From Vicugna vicugna (lineage: Eukaryota): a DNA stretch of 64,000 nt. The stretch's first letter is position 1; every line of letters begins with the position of its first letter. The notes beneath the pieces were generated by a model, which did not search any database, was not told the origin of the DNA, and saw only the letters and a list, made by a program, of their open reading frames with translations. Shown here in pieces: positions 49,791-62,519 of this stretch. A program made the translations under genes and the position numbers. The stretch lies in the NCBI GenBank assembly GCA_013265495.1, contig MU057640.1, forward strand, positions 815,303-879,302, given 5' to 3'.

Positions 49791-50697
49791 TATCACTCTG
49801 TCACAGTCAGTTCTTTGTGAGACCTTGGGTTTGTCTGCTAATATTATAATTAGGACTTTTTTGCACTGATATTCATAAGCAACACTGGTCTTTAATTTTT
49901 TTTTTTGATCTCTCTTTATCAGGATATGATTGATGCATGGTAGCTTCTATTCTGCAAGAGAGAGTGTAAGTAATATTGGACCTGTCTTTTCCTTAGAGCT
50001 TTGGTGGAAGTAATCTGAAATATTCTGGGCCTGGTGCTTTCTTTGTAGATGTTTACTTTTTGTTCAGGTACTATATTTCTTCTGTGCTAATCAGTTTAGA
50101 TTTTTTCCCTCTCTATCAGGGGTCATGCTTGGGAATTTATCACATTTTTCTAGAAAATGATTTATTTGCATCCATCTTGGTTAGTTTACTAATGAGTTAC
50201 TGCTTTTCCCCTGAAGTTTATTTGTTCTTTTTCCCCCTAATTTATTGTTTTCTGCTTTTGTCATTCATATCTTCCTTATATTTTCCTTAGGTTAATTTCA
50301 TTTTTTCTGATTTTAGCTTCATGAGTGGAAGATAGTGGACTGAGTTCCTGTCTTTTTTGTTTATTAATTAAACTACTTATGCCTATGAATTTTCCTTTGA
50401 GCAACTGTCTTAGCTGATCCTTTATAACCACATGGATAATGTGGTTATAATCATTATCATTAATTTTAAATATTGTGTAATTTCAGATTAATTATTTTTT
50501 TTAATTCAGAGTGATTAGAGAATAATATTTGGGAAATTATTTGGGTAAATTATTTGTGGTCTAAAGTACAGTCAGTTTAGGGGAATGTTCTATGGATATG
50601 TGAAAAATGATGAGGTATTCTCAGTTTTTAGGGATAGTTTGATATATAAACATTGCTAATTACGTTATTTAGGCCATTCATAACATTACTTTCTTTT

Positions 50698-50942
50698 TTT
50701 TAACACTTTTTATTGATTTATAATCATTTTACAATGTTGTTTCAAATTCCAGTGTTCAGCACAATTTTTCAGTCATTCATGGACATATACACACTCATTG
50801 TCACATTTTTTTCTCTGTGAGTTATCATAACATTTTGTGTATATTTCCCTGTGCTATACAGTATAATGTTGTTTACCTATTCTACAATTTTGAAATCCCA
50901 GTCTATCCCTTCTCACCCTCCACCCCCCTGGCAACCACAAGT
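50698..50942 (-). mobile_element. Young camelid-type L1 3' end with perfect 17-bp TSD
   Basis: TSD taacattactttctttt at 50681-97 and 50943-59. The 3' UTR reads ttattgatttataatcattttacaatgttg..ggcaaccacaagt. Confidence 0.92.
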
Positions 50943-51624
50943 TAACATTACTTTCTTTTGGAACATTTTATTTGTTAAACCTATAACTAAAGTGTTCCTA
51001 ATTTTGCTTGTATTTCCTGTAGTTTTGTTTAATAACTTTTCATGCTACATCAGTTGGTGCAGAAATGCTTACAACTGCTAGCACTTCCTTGTGGAATACA
51101 CACTTTATCATACAAAGTATCTTCATTTTTTCTTGCTTAAGGCTTTTGGATCTAAATTCAACCTTGCTTTATGCTTAGAAAATGGCATTTCCTTTCCTTT
51201 TTGTTGGCATTTAATGATATCTCTTTGTTCATCCTCTATTTTCAAGTTTCTGAGTTACTTTCCTTTAGTTATATATCTGATATATGGCATATGGTTAAAT
51301 TTTACTTAATTACTCAATCATGAGTTTAGCCTACTTATATTTATTGATATGACAGGTGTGTTTGTTCTTAATTCACAACATTTTGTGTGATGTTTTATGT
51401 TTCTATTGCTTTTTTTAAAATATATAAATAGATTTTTTTAAAATCTTATGCTGTTCAGTCTATATTTCCTTTGTTTTGTTTTTGTGAGTGTTCCTTGTAC
51501 TATCTGGGCAGGTTTGTGCTATGATTAATCCTTCTGGTGATCATCTTTATAACTAAACTTCATTTAATTATTTAATCTTGAGACATTGACATTTGATTTC
51601 CCACTATGAATAATAAAAACTGTT

Positions 51625-51673
51625 GTACACTTGGAACTTATATAATATTGTACATCAACTATACCTCAATGAA
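51625..51673 (+). mobile_element. Ultra-short L1 3' end (about 50 bp) with 10-bp TSD
   Basis: TSD aaaaactgtt at 51615-24 and 51674-83 flanks gtacacttggaacttatataatattgtacatcaactatacctcaat. Confidence 0.8.
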
Positions 51674-54149
51674 AAAAACTGTTCTCCATTTTTAATTCCT
51701 TCCATCACATGAATTTTTGTTTAAAATTTATACAGATATATATATAATGCATATGTAAGTATGTATATTTCATATATGTATATGTATAACTAAGTACATA
51801 TATGTATAGTCTTACACTTTTTACTTGTATATTTATTTAGTATATTTCTACATTAATTACTTGATTTATCATGTTTAAATGAGATCCTTTGATTTTCACC
51901 TATAAATGATGGAAAAAAATCAACATATAGCACCTTCTGCCTGCTCTATCCTTGATATTATATTAATTATAATATCTACATATATTCAGAGCTTATAACA
52001 TACCTTTTGTCTTCAACCAAAATTTCCATATTTATTTTAGACTGAATCCAAAAGCTAAATGGATTCATTGTTCACTTGAAAGTTCTTTTGCCAGATTTTC
52101 TCCATTCATCTCTTATTCAGCTAAAGTCTTTCCTTTAATAGTTCTTTTTTTAAAGGATGACTCATGGAAGCTAGCTTCTCTGAGTTCATAAATGTCAGAT
52201 AAGTTTTATCTACCATCTTTATTTTGAATGACAGTTTGGCTGTGCATAAAATTCTCAGGCAACACACTTCTTTTTCTTTCATTGAGGACTTCACAGGCTT
52301 TATCTTTGCTATCTCTAAAACCTTAGGTTAGCCTGACTTTAAAAAAAATTTGGTCTTATGGAGGTTACTTGATATTCCTGCCGGATTGACCAAATGATTA
52401 TTTCTTATCTCTAAAATTTATCAATACCCCTAAAATACAGTGTAAAGTTGATGGCTCTTTAGCAAATTTTCCTTCAGCATAGTTGACCCTTTCAATCTAT
52501 AAACTGAAACTGTCTTTTTTTTTTAAAGTGTGGAATTACATCTCTGACATTTCTTTGTGTTGCATTTTTTTAGTTTTCTTCAAAGATATTTTATTATGTA
52601 TCTGTAGGGTCTTCTTTGTCACTCAGATCTACCCTTTAATCTCTAATCCTTTTGTAGGGTTATTTCCATTTTATTCTATTCGCTTTGATAATCCTGTCCT
52701 TCACATCCCCTGGTCTGTTTTCAGCGGTGTGTATTTTGCTTAGCGTTGCTGTCAAATCAACTTCATGTCAGTGATAATTTTCCTACGTCACTTCTTTGGG
52801 GGGGCTACATCATTCATGTTTCCTTTCCCTTCTCATTTCACCACATCATCTCTGACCTCTTTATCTCTGTTTTGAATTCTTTGTTGGTTTCTTTAATTTG
52901 TTCGGGTTCATGGTCACATTATTTTTTTCATCTGTCTGTTACAACCACTAATAGTGAGTGCCCTCCACTTGCCATTTGTTTTTACAGTTCTTTTTCTCCT
53001 TTTCTATTGAAATGTCTTTGTTGTAGCATGTAGTATGATATATACATCCTGGGCTGGTTCCTTTTTTATTATTACTGTTCACTGAATGTGGAGAACACGT
53101 CTTAATTCCAGATACTTGAAAGAAGTTAAATGGGGTAGGAAGCAGAATGTTGCTGTGCCTTGGTAAAAACTGCCCTGATTCACCACTAAATCTCATTACA
53201 AAGGTTTGTGTATTTGTGAATTATTTTAGCCGTTGCTTCTTCTCAGCCAGCAGGCTACAGTAATGCCCTACCAATCTGTATAGTACAGCCGTGCATTTCC
53301 TCCTCAGCTTCACTCACTACTATGTGGTGTCAGGCAGGGTCTAAGGATGCTCCTGCTTCCAGCTTTGCCGTACTCTTGCCATTTTTCAAAGGGTTGTCGG
53401 CTTCATCCTTTGGGTGTGCTTACTCCAGAGTACCAATTTTGGAGATGTATTATCTGCTTGCTTTGTCAGAATCGACAGCCTGGTCCTGGTCATTTTCTCT
53501 TAGTTCTTCCAGAAATCCTGCTCCCTTGAATTTAGCCAGCCCTGTGTCACAGATTGTGGCTCATGGATACAGAATCTCCCCAGCTTCACTGAAAATGGAA
53601 TTCACCCTTTCTACTCTTGTTTTCTGCTTTATGATTTTCAAGCGAAAAATGGGAAGAGCTTTCTTTCTGATAAAATCTTCACATTTAACAGGCACATGCT
53701 GTTTTTACTACTCTGAGGCATATAGCAGACTCATGGTTCCTCTTTCCAGTCTAGCATTTGGAATTGCTGTTTTACGAACCACCACAACACAGGGGACTGG
53801 AGTCAAAAGAAACCAAATCCAGTGTCGAACTTCGAGGCTGTAAGAGTGTCAGGAAGCAGCTGGCTAGAAAAATTAGGGAAAGTAGCTAAGATCTTTGACA
53901 ATGGAAATAGAGAAAAGGGGCAGACATACACATTTTCTCCGTTCAAAGGCCCAAGGAAGCTTCTCTGGGATGAGAAATCATTGACCTTTAAGAAAAATTG
54001 ATTCAATTCTGAAAAGATACTAATGTTAGATTAAGTTTAAAAGAGACCATAACAGATGAATCCAGAGAGAGAAAATTAGAACACTTTTATCTTGATTGTT
54101 CTATATTTCGTAAATGTTCCCTCAATCTGTGAGCCTCAAATAATTCTAT

Positions 54150-54380
54150 TATTATTATTAGCAACAATAATACCACCAATTGCATGCATATTATGTGCCC
54201 CAGACAGTGCTAAATGCCCCCCAAATTCCTATGAGGTGGGGCTCTTATTATCCTCAGTCATACGTGAGAAACTGAGACTTAGTACATTTAACCAGCTGGC
54301 TCAAGGTCACGTAAACAGTAAGTCCTATGGCAGCACTAGATCCCAGGTCTACTGACGATTACATCCTGTACTGTAATCGC
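54150..54380 (-). mobile_element. MIR SINE
   Basis: cctatgaggtggg..gagaaactgagactt..ctcaaggtcac. Confidence 0.8.
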
Positions 54381-56209
54381 TGTTCGTCAACAGTCATCTA
54401 ATTTACACTATCATTTGAGATGGAATTGCATTCTGTGACTCTATATGCCATCACCTTTTTCAGTTGTTTCTACTTCGAGAACAACATACACACTAGGAGC
54501 TACACTTTGAGAAATGCAGGCGTATTGATTTGGCTGTGGTGGGTGGGGAGGTGGGCAGGGAGACAGAACACCAATCAGTGGCCTCTTGAATACAATGAGA
54601 GATGATCGTTTTCCTTGTGTAACAAGGAACCTAATATCAGACAATCTGGGGCTAGTACAACTGGCCATGAAATATCATCGAAGAAACTGGACTTCCTGCT
54701 AGACCAACTTGAACGGTGTAGCTTTCCTTCTCGTGGTCAGGAGTGGCTGATGGATGGTCTAGAGAATGAATCTTCTTTTCCTGAACAAAGGGCAAAAGGC
54801 AGAGAGGCTTTACCTACTGGGGGGAGGGAGGCTGTCCCAGGGAATTCTGCGTACACATCATCGGACAGAACTGTATCTACTGCTGGCTACCCCGAGCCCA
54901 GCCACATGGCCTCTGTGGAGGGAGTAGACAAGATAGAAGGGGCCGTTACAAGACTTAAGTGAGCCAGTCTGCTGGGTGCCCCACACTGCCTGGGAAGGAC
55001 TGACTCTTTCGAAGAAGTAGAGGAAGAATTTTACTTCTTCCTACTTGTGATCTTGGACAATGAGCACAACCTCTCAGGGTCTTGGTTATTCACCAAGAGA
55101 AACAGAACTGAGAACTGTACACTACTGGCAGAGAATTCAATGACCTAATGCTTACAAAATTGCTTAACCCTGTACCTACCACATCAATGGCAATTCTTAA
55201 ACATTACCACTAGGTTCAATAACATTCCAATCTGTCAAAGCTCTTAATTAACTTAGGAGTATCCAACACCCTGGCTAAAAGTAAGATTCCCCAGAAAAAA
55301 AAGATTTATTTTGTCAATGCTGAATTACAATTCTCTCCAGGGCAGCTATTATTCAGTTCACCTGCAGATTTCATGATTTATTCAATGTTTCAACTACTGA
55401 CTAAACATTTAGCAGGTGCTATACTTCCAATTTACTACCATGAACATTTAAAGAAAACACAACAAAAATTCCTCATACAGTATTCCCCAGCTTAAAAAAA
55501 AAAAGGAAGCTTGTAATAACGTAATTTCAAGTATCTCCAACAGAAGCATATTTACATTTCCAGATTCTGTTATTTTTCTACCTTGGACTGAATTACTTAG
55601 CTTAGTTTCCCTGCTGTGGTAACTGTGTGTGGTGATTACAGTGAAGAAATTCCATGTTGGGTTTTGTTTCTAATCTCTCAAGTTGATATTTATGTATGTT
55701 TTTGACTCTGGTCTTGCTTTAGGAAAGTGAGTTTAGTAAGTTACTAAGGGCATCTAAATATGATCTTCATATGTAAATAGTTCCTACTGAAAAACAAGTT
55801 GGTTGTAATTTGAAGCAGGGTGAGAGGAGAGGCAGCTTAAGGCTGGGGGAGAACAGAGCCTAATGCAATGTCTAGCACAATTTTGTTACATGTTTCCAAA
55901 TGTGCTACAACCAGCTCCATGAAACTTCAAATGCACAGGATTTCTCATGGAAGGAATAAATTTTCTCTGTGCCACCTATCTCTGTTTTACATAACTTGGA
56001 GGAGTTTCTGAGGAGAGAGTAAATGTATTCCCTGTTTTTGAATTTCCATAATCTGGAGTGACTTCTGTCGGCTTGTTTCAGCAGGAAGTGGCCAAGTGGG
56101 ATGGTGCTGAAGACATTTTTAAAAGAAGAGCAAAGTGGCAGAATGGTGATATCACTAAACTCAGGCTTAGAAGACTTGAGTTCAGTCTCTGTCCCTGCCA
56201 CTTGCTATC

Positions 56210-56694
56210 TGTGTCACAGAGCCCACGCTGTTGTATGCTTCACCCAAGAGGTGTCTCAACACCCTTCTCTCTCACCTCCTATGTAAAGGCTGGAAAAGTA
56301 AACACCCTCTTTCTCAGCCTTTTATATAGTTAGGAACTTCCATGAGACATAGTTCTGGCCAATGAGACATACACAGAATTCTGCAAGCCAGGGGATGCCT
56401 GAGAAAGTTTAACTTTCAGAAGAAAAGGAAACAAGCTGGCTGATACTGCTCCTTCCCACATTTCTTCTTCTTTTGACCATGGTGGTGATGCCTGGAGCCA
56501 AAGCAGCCATTTTGTGACCTTAACAGAAAGATCAAGAGAACAGCAGAAAGGAGCCATGATGTCTGTGAGCTGTTCAGGCCTTGAGGCGTGGTCTTCTTCC
56601 AAGCCTCTTATTAGGAGAACCTCTCCCCTCCAAATACAGACACAGTAATTCAGATTTTCTGCTAGTTGGAGCCAAAATATTCCCAACTGATACA
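56210..56694 (+). mobile_element. MLT1 (J/K-like) LTR nested in a MIR
   Basis: gttctggccaatgagac..gatgcctggagc..gcagccattttgtgacc..aactgataca. MIR halves lie at about 56160-56209 and 56695-56820. Confidence 0.8.
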
Positions 56695-57443
56695 GTAACC
56701 AAGGAAGGTTATTTTATCTCCTCCTCCACAAAATGAAGATACAAGGAACATACCCAAACACACAGATACTTGTGAATTAGGAATAAAACAATGCATAACA
56801 AAATGCTTCATTAATTATAAAAGTTCACAGACAAGGGAATCAAGCCCCCAAAAATGTTTGGTTTTATTTCATGAAAATGGCTTAAAGTTGGGGAAGAAGT
56901 CTATGAAGTGATTTTACAATGAATCTACATCAATTGTACTTAGACATATAGTAGCAAAATGATATCTTTTGTGAAGTGCAGGCTTTTATTTTCTTCTAAT
57001 ACTTTCATTTTCCTTTTTCTTTGCCTCAGTTTATCCTCTCCATCCTTCCCTCTACTATATATATATATGTATATGTACACACTCCAGCCATTTATGCATC
57101 ATGATGCTGTTCTCTATTTTCTTGGGCTGCCTTTGAAAGAGCCTGGGAAATATAGACACAGAGGTAGGAGAGTTGTGTTGCTAAGCTATCTTCTCTCAGT
57201 CCTACCACTTGGTTCCTGATTTCAGGGGCAGAAAGGAAGAAGCAGCTAAATCATCAGAGGCAACCATCATAAGAGGCTTGTGAGAGAAATCACAGTAGGA
57301 GGTTTAAGAGTAAAACCAACTCTGCTAGGGATGTATAGTATGAAGGAAAGATGAGAGAAAAGGAGAGAGGGAAAGAAATCAAATGGTAGTGTCTACTGAG
57401 TGCCTATTAGGTGGCAGGCTGCCACTGTGCCAGGAACTGTGGC

Positions 57444-57613
57444 CAGAGCCAGCTTCATAGGTGTGACCTGCACAGTTGCCCAGGACCCCGGGCTCGGAAG
57501 GGCCTCAGGCTCGGTTAATGCTCTGCAGTAGCCATGTTGAAATTTGTTACAGTGTGCGACACAAGGGATCTTCCATTTTCAGGTTGTACTGGGCCCTGCA
57601 AATGAGGTCTCTG
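57444..57613 (+). mobile_element. MER45A-like hAT-Tip100 MITE nested in a MIR
   Basis: cagagccagcttcatagg..taatgctctgc..ttgaaatt..ctgggccctgcaaat. 8-bp TSD actgtggc/actgcggc at 57436-43 and 57614-21. Confidence 0.85.
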
Positions 57614-60600
57614 ACTGCGGCCTAGATGCCCCTGTGAGGGAGATGGTATAATACCATCCCCAGAAGAAACTGAGGCCCAAGGTATTAAAGAAGGCTGCCT
57701 GAGGTCTCAACTAGCAAGTCAGGGGCAGAGAGCTAGATTTCAGACTCAGGACCAAGGTCATTTCAGCCCCAACGTCGCACCTTGCTGATGCTGGATTCCC
57801 TTCAGTAGGAGAGCTAAACTCTGGCAAATGTCTGGAAAGCAGAAATCTGAGGTTTCAAAAGAGCAATCTCTCCAAAGCCAAAGAATATTAGCATTAAAGT
57901 GATGAATATTAGCACTGAAATGAGGCCAGTTAGGTTCCTTGGCTCCACGTGGGAGAAAGTTATAGAAGGGATTCGGGGGTCACACCCCCACCGCTTAACC
58001 TTCCAATTGCCATCTATAGGGTGACATTGTGACACTCACGTGCCAGAGTCTCTTCTAAGCTCTTTGACATTCAATCCTCATAGTTGCCTTTTTGTAGTAG
58101 GAATGTAACTCATTACCCCACTGACACACGAGGAAATGCCATCTGAACATTTTAGAGTTTCGCAAACATTTTCGCATTGTGATTTTACTTCGCCCACACT
58201 ACCATGCTATAGGTCAACGGCGGCAGGGATTACTGGGTCATTTGACAAACGAAGAAATTAATTTCCAGAAGGATTCAGACCTTTGCATAAAGAAACACGT
58301 GAAGTTAGCCGGCAGAGCTAAAACCAGAGCCTGGCCCTTTCACCTGAGATGGATGCTTCCTCCAGTAAAACCCCCAAAAAGATGAAAAGACAAAACAAAT
58401 AAAAAACACAGATGCTTAGCTGGCCACTTGATCGCTTTCTTCACAAATGTTTCTCGGCAAAATGATGAGTGGTAATGGAACCGAATGAGGATTTATCCCA
58501 GAGTTTTCCACGGGTGCGTTTATCTCAAAGCTGTGGATATTTGCCAGAGAAAATTAGGGCTGAATACCAAGAAAATATTTACCAGCCAAATAAAGCAACC
58601 CTATACACTTGTGTGGGAGCATAAGACTGAGCAGAGAGTGCCCCGTCCCTGGCAGAAACCCTGCAGGAGTCATCCTTGTGCACAGGCAAGTGAACCCAGC
58701 GACTCCAGGCTGCCCCAGGAGCTGGTGTCCTTACATGGGCATCACATGGTCCCCAAGAACACTTGCTTCTTTTTCCAATTACTAGACATCCTAGGGCTGG
58801 AGATTTCTGCTGCCAAAGGAAAACGAAGAAATCGATCTTGACCCTTGTCGTCTTTTGATTTACCAAGGGAACCGGGAGCAGAACTCTTCGCAATTTCCTA
58901 CTGCCTGGCTGAAGGTCATCCTTGCTTTTCTCATCAGCAGTGATGACTTCCATCACGGCAGTTCTACAACCAAACTACAATTCTGTATGCAAATGAGCTG
59001 TGTATATCAACGATTGTAATAAAACCCAACAGTGGTCCTTTTGGAGGGACAATGAAAGAAGCACTTGGAAGATACGGCACATTCCAGAGATGCTTTTCAT
59101 CATCTTCATTAGAAACAAAGAGGAAGAGGAAAGAGACAAACCACACGAACAATACTAGGGAAATTGTCAGATTGCCAAGAAGTGTCTCTCCTGGGCTTGG
59201 CTATAATGCATTTATGCTAGATTCGTTTGAGTGAGAAAAATGGAACAGCTGCAATCATGTTTTCTCTTTTATTTTTTTAAAGCTCTCTTGACCTTCCGTA
59301 GCAGTATTATCCCACTTTGATGTGAGTGCATTAAACATTAACAATCTTACCATGTTAGTCTCCCAGACCAAATCTTATTAGCATTTAGTTCTGACATTGG
59401 TTCTTGCTGGTGAATTATTTAAAAAATGTAAGAGTCTGAGGTTGTGTGATAAAAATCACATAGCCACATAATAGAGATTATTAAAGGCCTTTGAAGAGTG
59501 AAATAGGCAAGACCAGTATTACATGAAGCTCTTAGTCTCTGTTTTGCTTTCATTAAAATAGTTTGTGGAGCAAAGAACTGTTCCTTTTGTGATATGCTCC
59601 TGAGCAAGGCTCTAAAAGCTTTAAATGCACGGTGCCTTGAAGGCAATTAGGGCTAAAAAGACGATCTTCTCACACTCCTTAGCTAGAGTGAGCACACAGA
59701 TCACTCCCTTACTTTCTAGAATAATTCTAAATCAAGTTTGCTAGACACCTGGGACACAGCAGGGTCCCGTTTTCCTTATTCTATCAAGAATAACACCTGT
59801 TTTACCTTCTGGGAACTGGGAAGTAGACATATGGTTGTCTTTTCCTAAAATTACCCTGGTCCCTACAAATTCTGAATTCTCAAAAAGAAAGCCTGACCAA
59901 GGTGAGATAAGCCAGTCAGAGTAGTCCCTGAGAGGGTGTGGTTCTAACACTCTCTAAAGCAGCAGCTGGTGTCTTGCGAGGCCTCAGGGGAGGCAGGCTG
60001 CGGATGTCAGGATGGAGCTCAGTGTGTGTAAGCTATGCATACAGATGTGAAGGTGGACAGGTCCAGTGGGAGGCCGGGCTCCAGCCTTCTCTGCAGAATC
60101 CTCACGCAGAGAATCTACTGCAGAAAGGGTACCCCATGGAAATGATCCTCCCAATGCTTATCGTTAAAACATGGTTGAATAAAAAAGGGGAAAACAGAGA
60201 ATCAGTTTCTTTCCCTCCAAAGTTTGTCCCCATAACTAAGCTAGCAACACACAATAGCCTCCTTTATCTTGACCAAACAGAAAGTAAAGAAACTCCCTCT
60301 AAGGGATGGGCAGCTGATGTGTTGGAATAAAGATCAAGAGCCTAGGAACTGGCTCACTCCAGAAAGACAAAGCTCAGAATTTTATCTCCAGGCGACCGGT
60401 CTCTGAAAATGAACAGTTTAACCTTTTGCTTCCTAGAGAACTGACAAGACAAGCAAGCCCTCCCGGGTACCGGCCGCCGCCGCCGCTGCTGTCATATCTC
60501 CAGTGCCAGGCGTCCTCTCTGGCAGCAGGAAGAGGAAGGAGCCCGGGCAGCCTTGGAGCAGCAGCCCTGGCCCCCGGCAGATCCTGCACCTGTCCCTGCT

Positions 60601-61284
60601 CAGCGGTGCACAAGGGCTTCGGGAACCCTGGGGTGGACGAGTTGCCAAAGGGTCATCAATAATGGATGGCCGACAGGCGTGACAAGCCGATAGAGCGGAC
60701 AGGCGGGGGAGGCAGGGGTGGCAGGAGCTGTCCGACACAGGCAGCTGTGCATCCACAATACTCAATCTACACCAACGTCGGGGGAAAGGAAGAGAGGAAG
60801 GCATGACTTGCCTGAAAATAAAGGTTGGGACAAACTAATAGTCACATAGCCAGAATATATCTCCAATCACAAAGCTATTCTCTGAGTTAAATACTGTTCA
60901 TCTGATTTTGGCAGTCACAGAAATGACAATACAGGTGACTCATCATCGTGGGCTCTCTCCTCCACAGTCTCTGACCAGAGATTCGAGGGACCAGTCTGCC
61001 ACCATCATCACCAGTGATTTTCTTTCCTGAGCAGGAAAGAACCTCTTCACCAGCGCATACAGCTTAAAAGGATTTGCTGCTGCTTTGGTGCATGTGTTCT
61101 TTTGAATGCATGAATTAATAATAAGACTGTATTTATCAAGTAAGCAACCTAAAGTTCACGATATCACAGGAGGACCAGGTTAATGGAACTTTTCTAAACC
61201 AAGTGACAAGCTGCCAACTTCAATCATATTGAAATACTGGAAGAGCCTACAGTGAACGTGAGGTCCTTATGTTGAGACACAAGT

Positions 61285-61420
61285 GTGTTCATTCATTCAC
61301 TATCCATGTAGCTGTTCATTCATTGAACAGACATTTATTAAGATTCAGATGTGTGCCAGCCGGTGTGCTAGGTTCTAGCGGCCAAGTCATGGTTCCTGGA
61401 CTTGACACGCTTTCTTCTTA
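61285..61420 (-). mobile_element. L2 3' end
   Basis: ttcattcattca..aacagacatttattaag..tgtgtgccag..gtgctaggttct. Confidence 0.7.
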
Positions 61421-62114
61421 TTTTACTTATAACCTGAGGAATCAGGAAATGCAGGCTCCAACATCCCCTTCTCTGCAACCATCCTCACTCAGGCTCTGAG
61501 GACGCTGGGAGGCAGGTGCTGGCAGGCTGGTGACAGGTCCCCCCAGACAGCTCCAGCTCTGCATTCAGCCTTTTCATGTAGCCTTACAAAGGATGCGTGA
61601 CTAGATCTCTGGTGTGAGGGGATGGGGAGTGAGAGTGAACATATAATACAAAACATGGAGAAGCTAAAAATAGGAATTTAAAATCAAAAAGACATTCCAC
61701 ACCAGATAAAACCAATTACATGTTACAAAGGAACCAAACACTGATACTAAGGTCACTCACTCCATTATCCTTAGTGAGAGAGGCTTCTGAGAAAGATAAC
61801 TTCTGAGGTTAAACCTAAAAAGCATGAAATGACTTGATGATTTATATTAGTCTGTCTAGATTTAGAGAACTGACAATAGTTCAAAACTTCCTATCTCTCT
61901 TGGTACAAATGGCTTTTCTCTTTTTATTTTTTTCCCTCTGTGACACTGAAAGGTAAATCTTGCAACCCTTTTTGGTGAGTGCTGAATAACAAATATGTGT
62001 ATGTGTGTATTTTATCAACTGGATTTATATTTACTACTCATGGCTAAGTGCTGTCTATGAGAATCCTGCATTTTATTTGAACAGATGTTTAGAGTTTATT
62101 TGAACAGATCTTCA

Positions 62115-62420
62115 GATTAATTAATTAACTGATGAAGCAGTGCAGGGTTGAGCGTTTGCTATGTGCAAGGCAGAATTCTGGGCACAACTGAGAGATTAGC
62201 CAAAGACCCTGCCTTCTTCTAAAAGAGTTTAGGGGATTACATAAGACAAGGACACAAATAACTCTGAAACAGGAAAACAGTAGAAAGGGACCTAGGGGAG
62301 GAAAATATGAAATTTGGAGAAGACAAAGACAACTTCTGCTTGAGATGAACAAAAGGGGCTTTGGAAGAAGCTGGGTTTGCGTTGAGTCTTGAAGGACAGC
62401 TGGATTTGCTATCTCCCGGC
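62115..62420 (-). mobile_element. L2 fragment
   Basis: ttgagcgtttgctatgtgcaaggc..ccctgcctt..gagtcttgaagga. Confidence 0.6.
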
Positions 62421-62519
62421 GCCTGGGACATAGTGTCTACTTCACTGATATGTGGTATAGGGAGACTACAGAAGCTGAAGTCAAGAATATGATAAAGCAT
62501 CCTTTCTCCTTTGCTCAGT

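Larger units (their letters stand above)
49850..53200 (-). mobile_element. Heavily decayed old L1M (ORF2 to ORF1 region) carrying younger inserts
   Basis: T-rich antisense L1 motifs such as ctgggcctggtgctttctttg, gcctatgaattttcctttgagca and gacagtttggctgtgcataaaattctcagg. Confidence 0.7.

Noticed and set aside
53322..53843. 173-aa plus-strand ORF
   Set aside because: No homology recognised, Ser/Leu/Phe-rich composition typical of pyrimidine-rich non-coding DNA, and it lies next to a decayed L1.
53925..54010. Pseudo-exon ttttcag|AATTGA..|gtatgt
   Set aside because: Immediate stop in the RGS6 frame, a short pyrimidine tract and no other support.
55975..56110. Pseudo-exon tcttcag|CACCATCCC..
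   Set aside because: No convincing donor, an in-frame stop and no homology.
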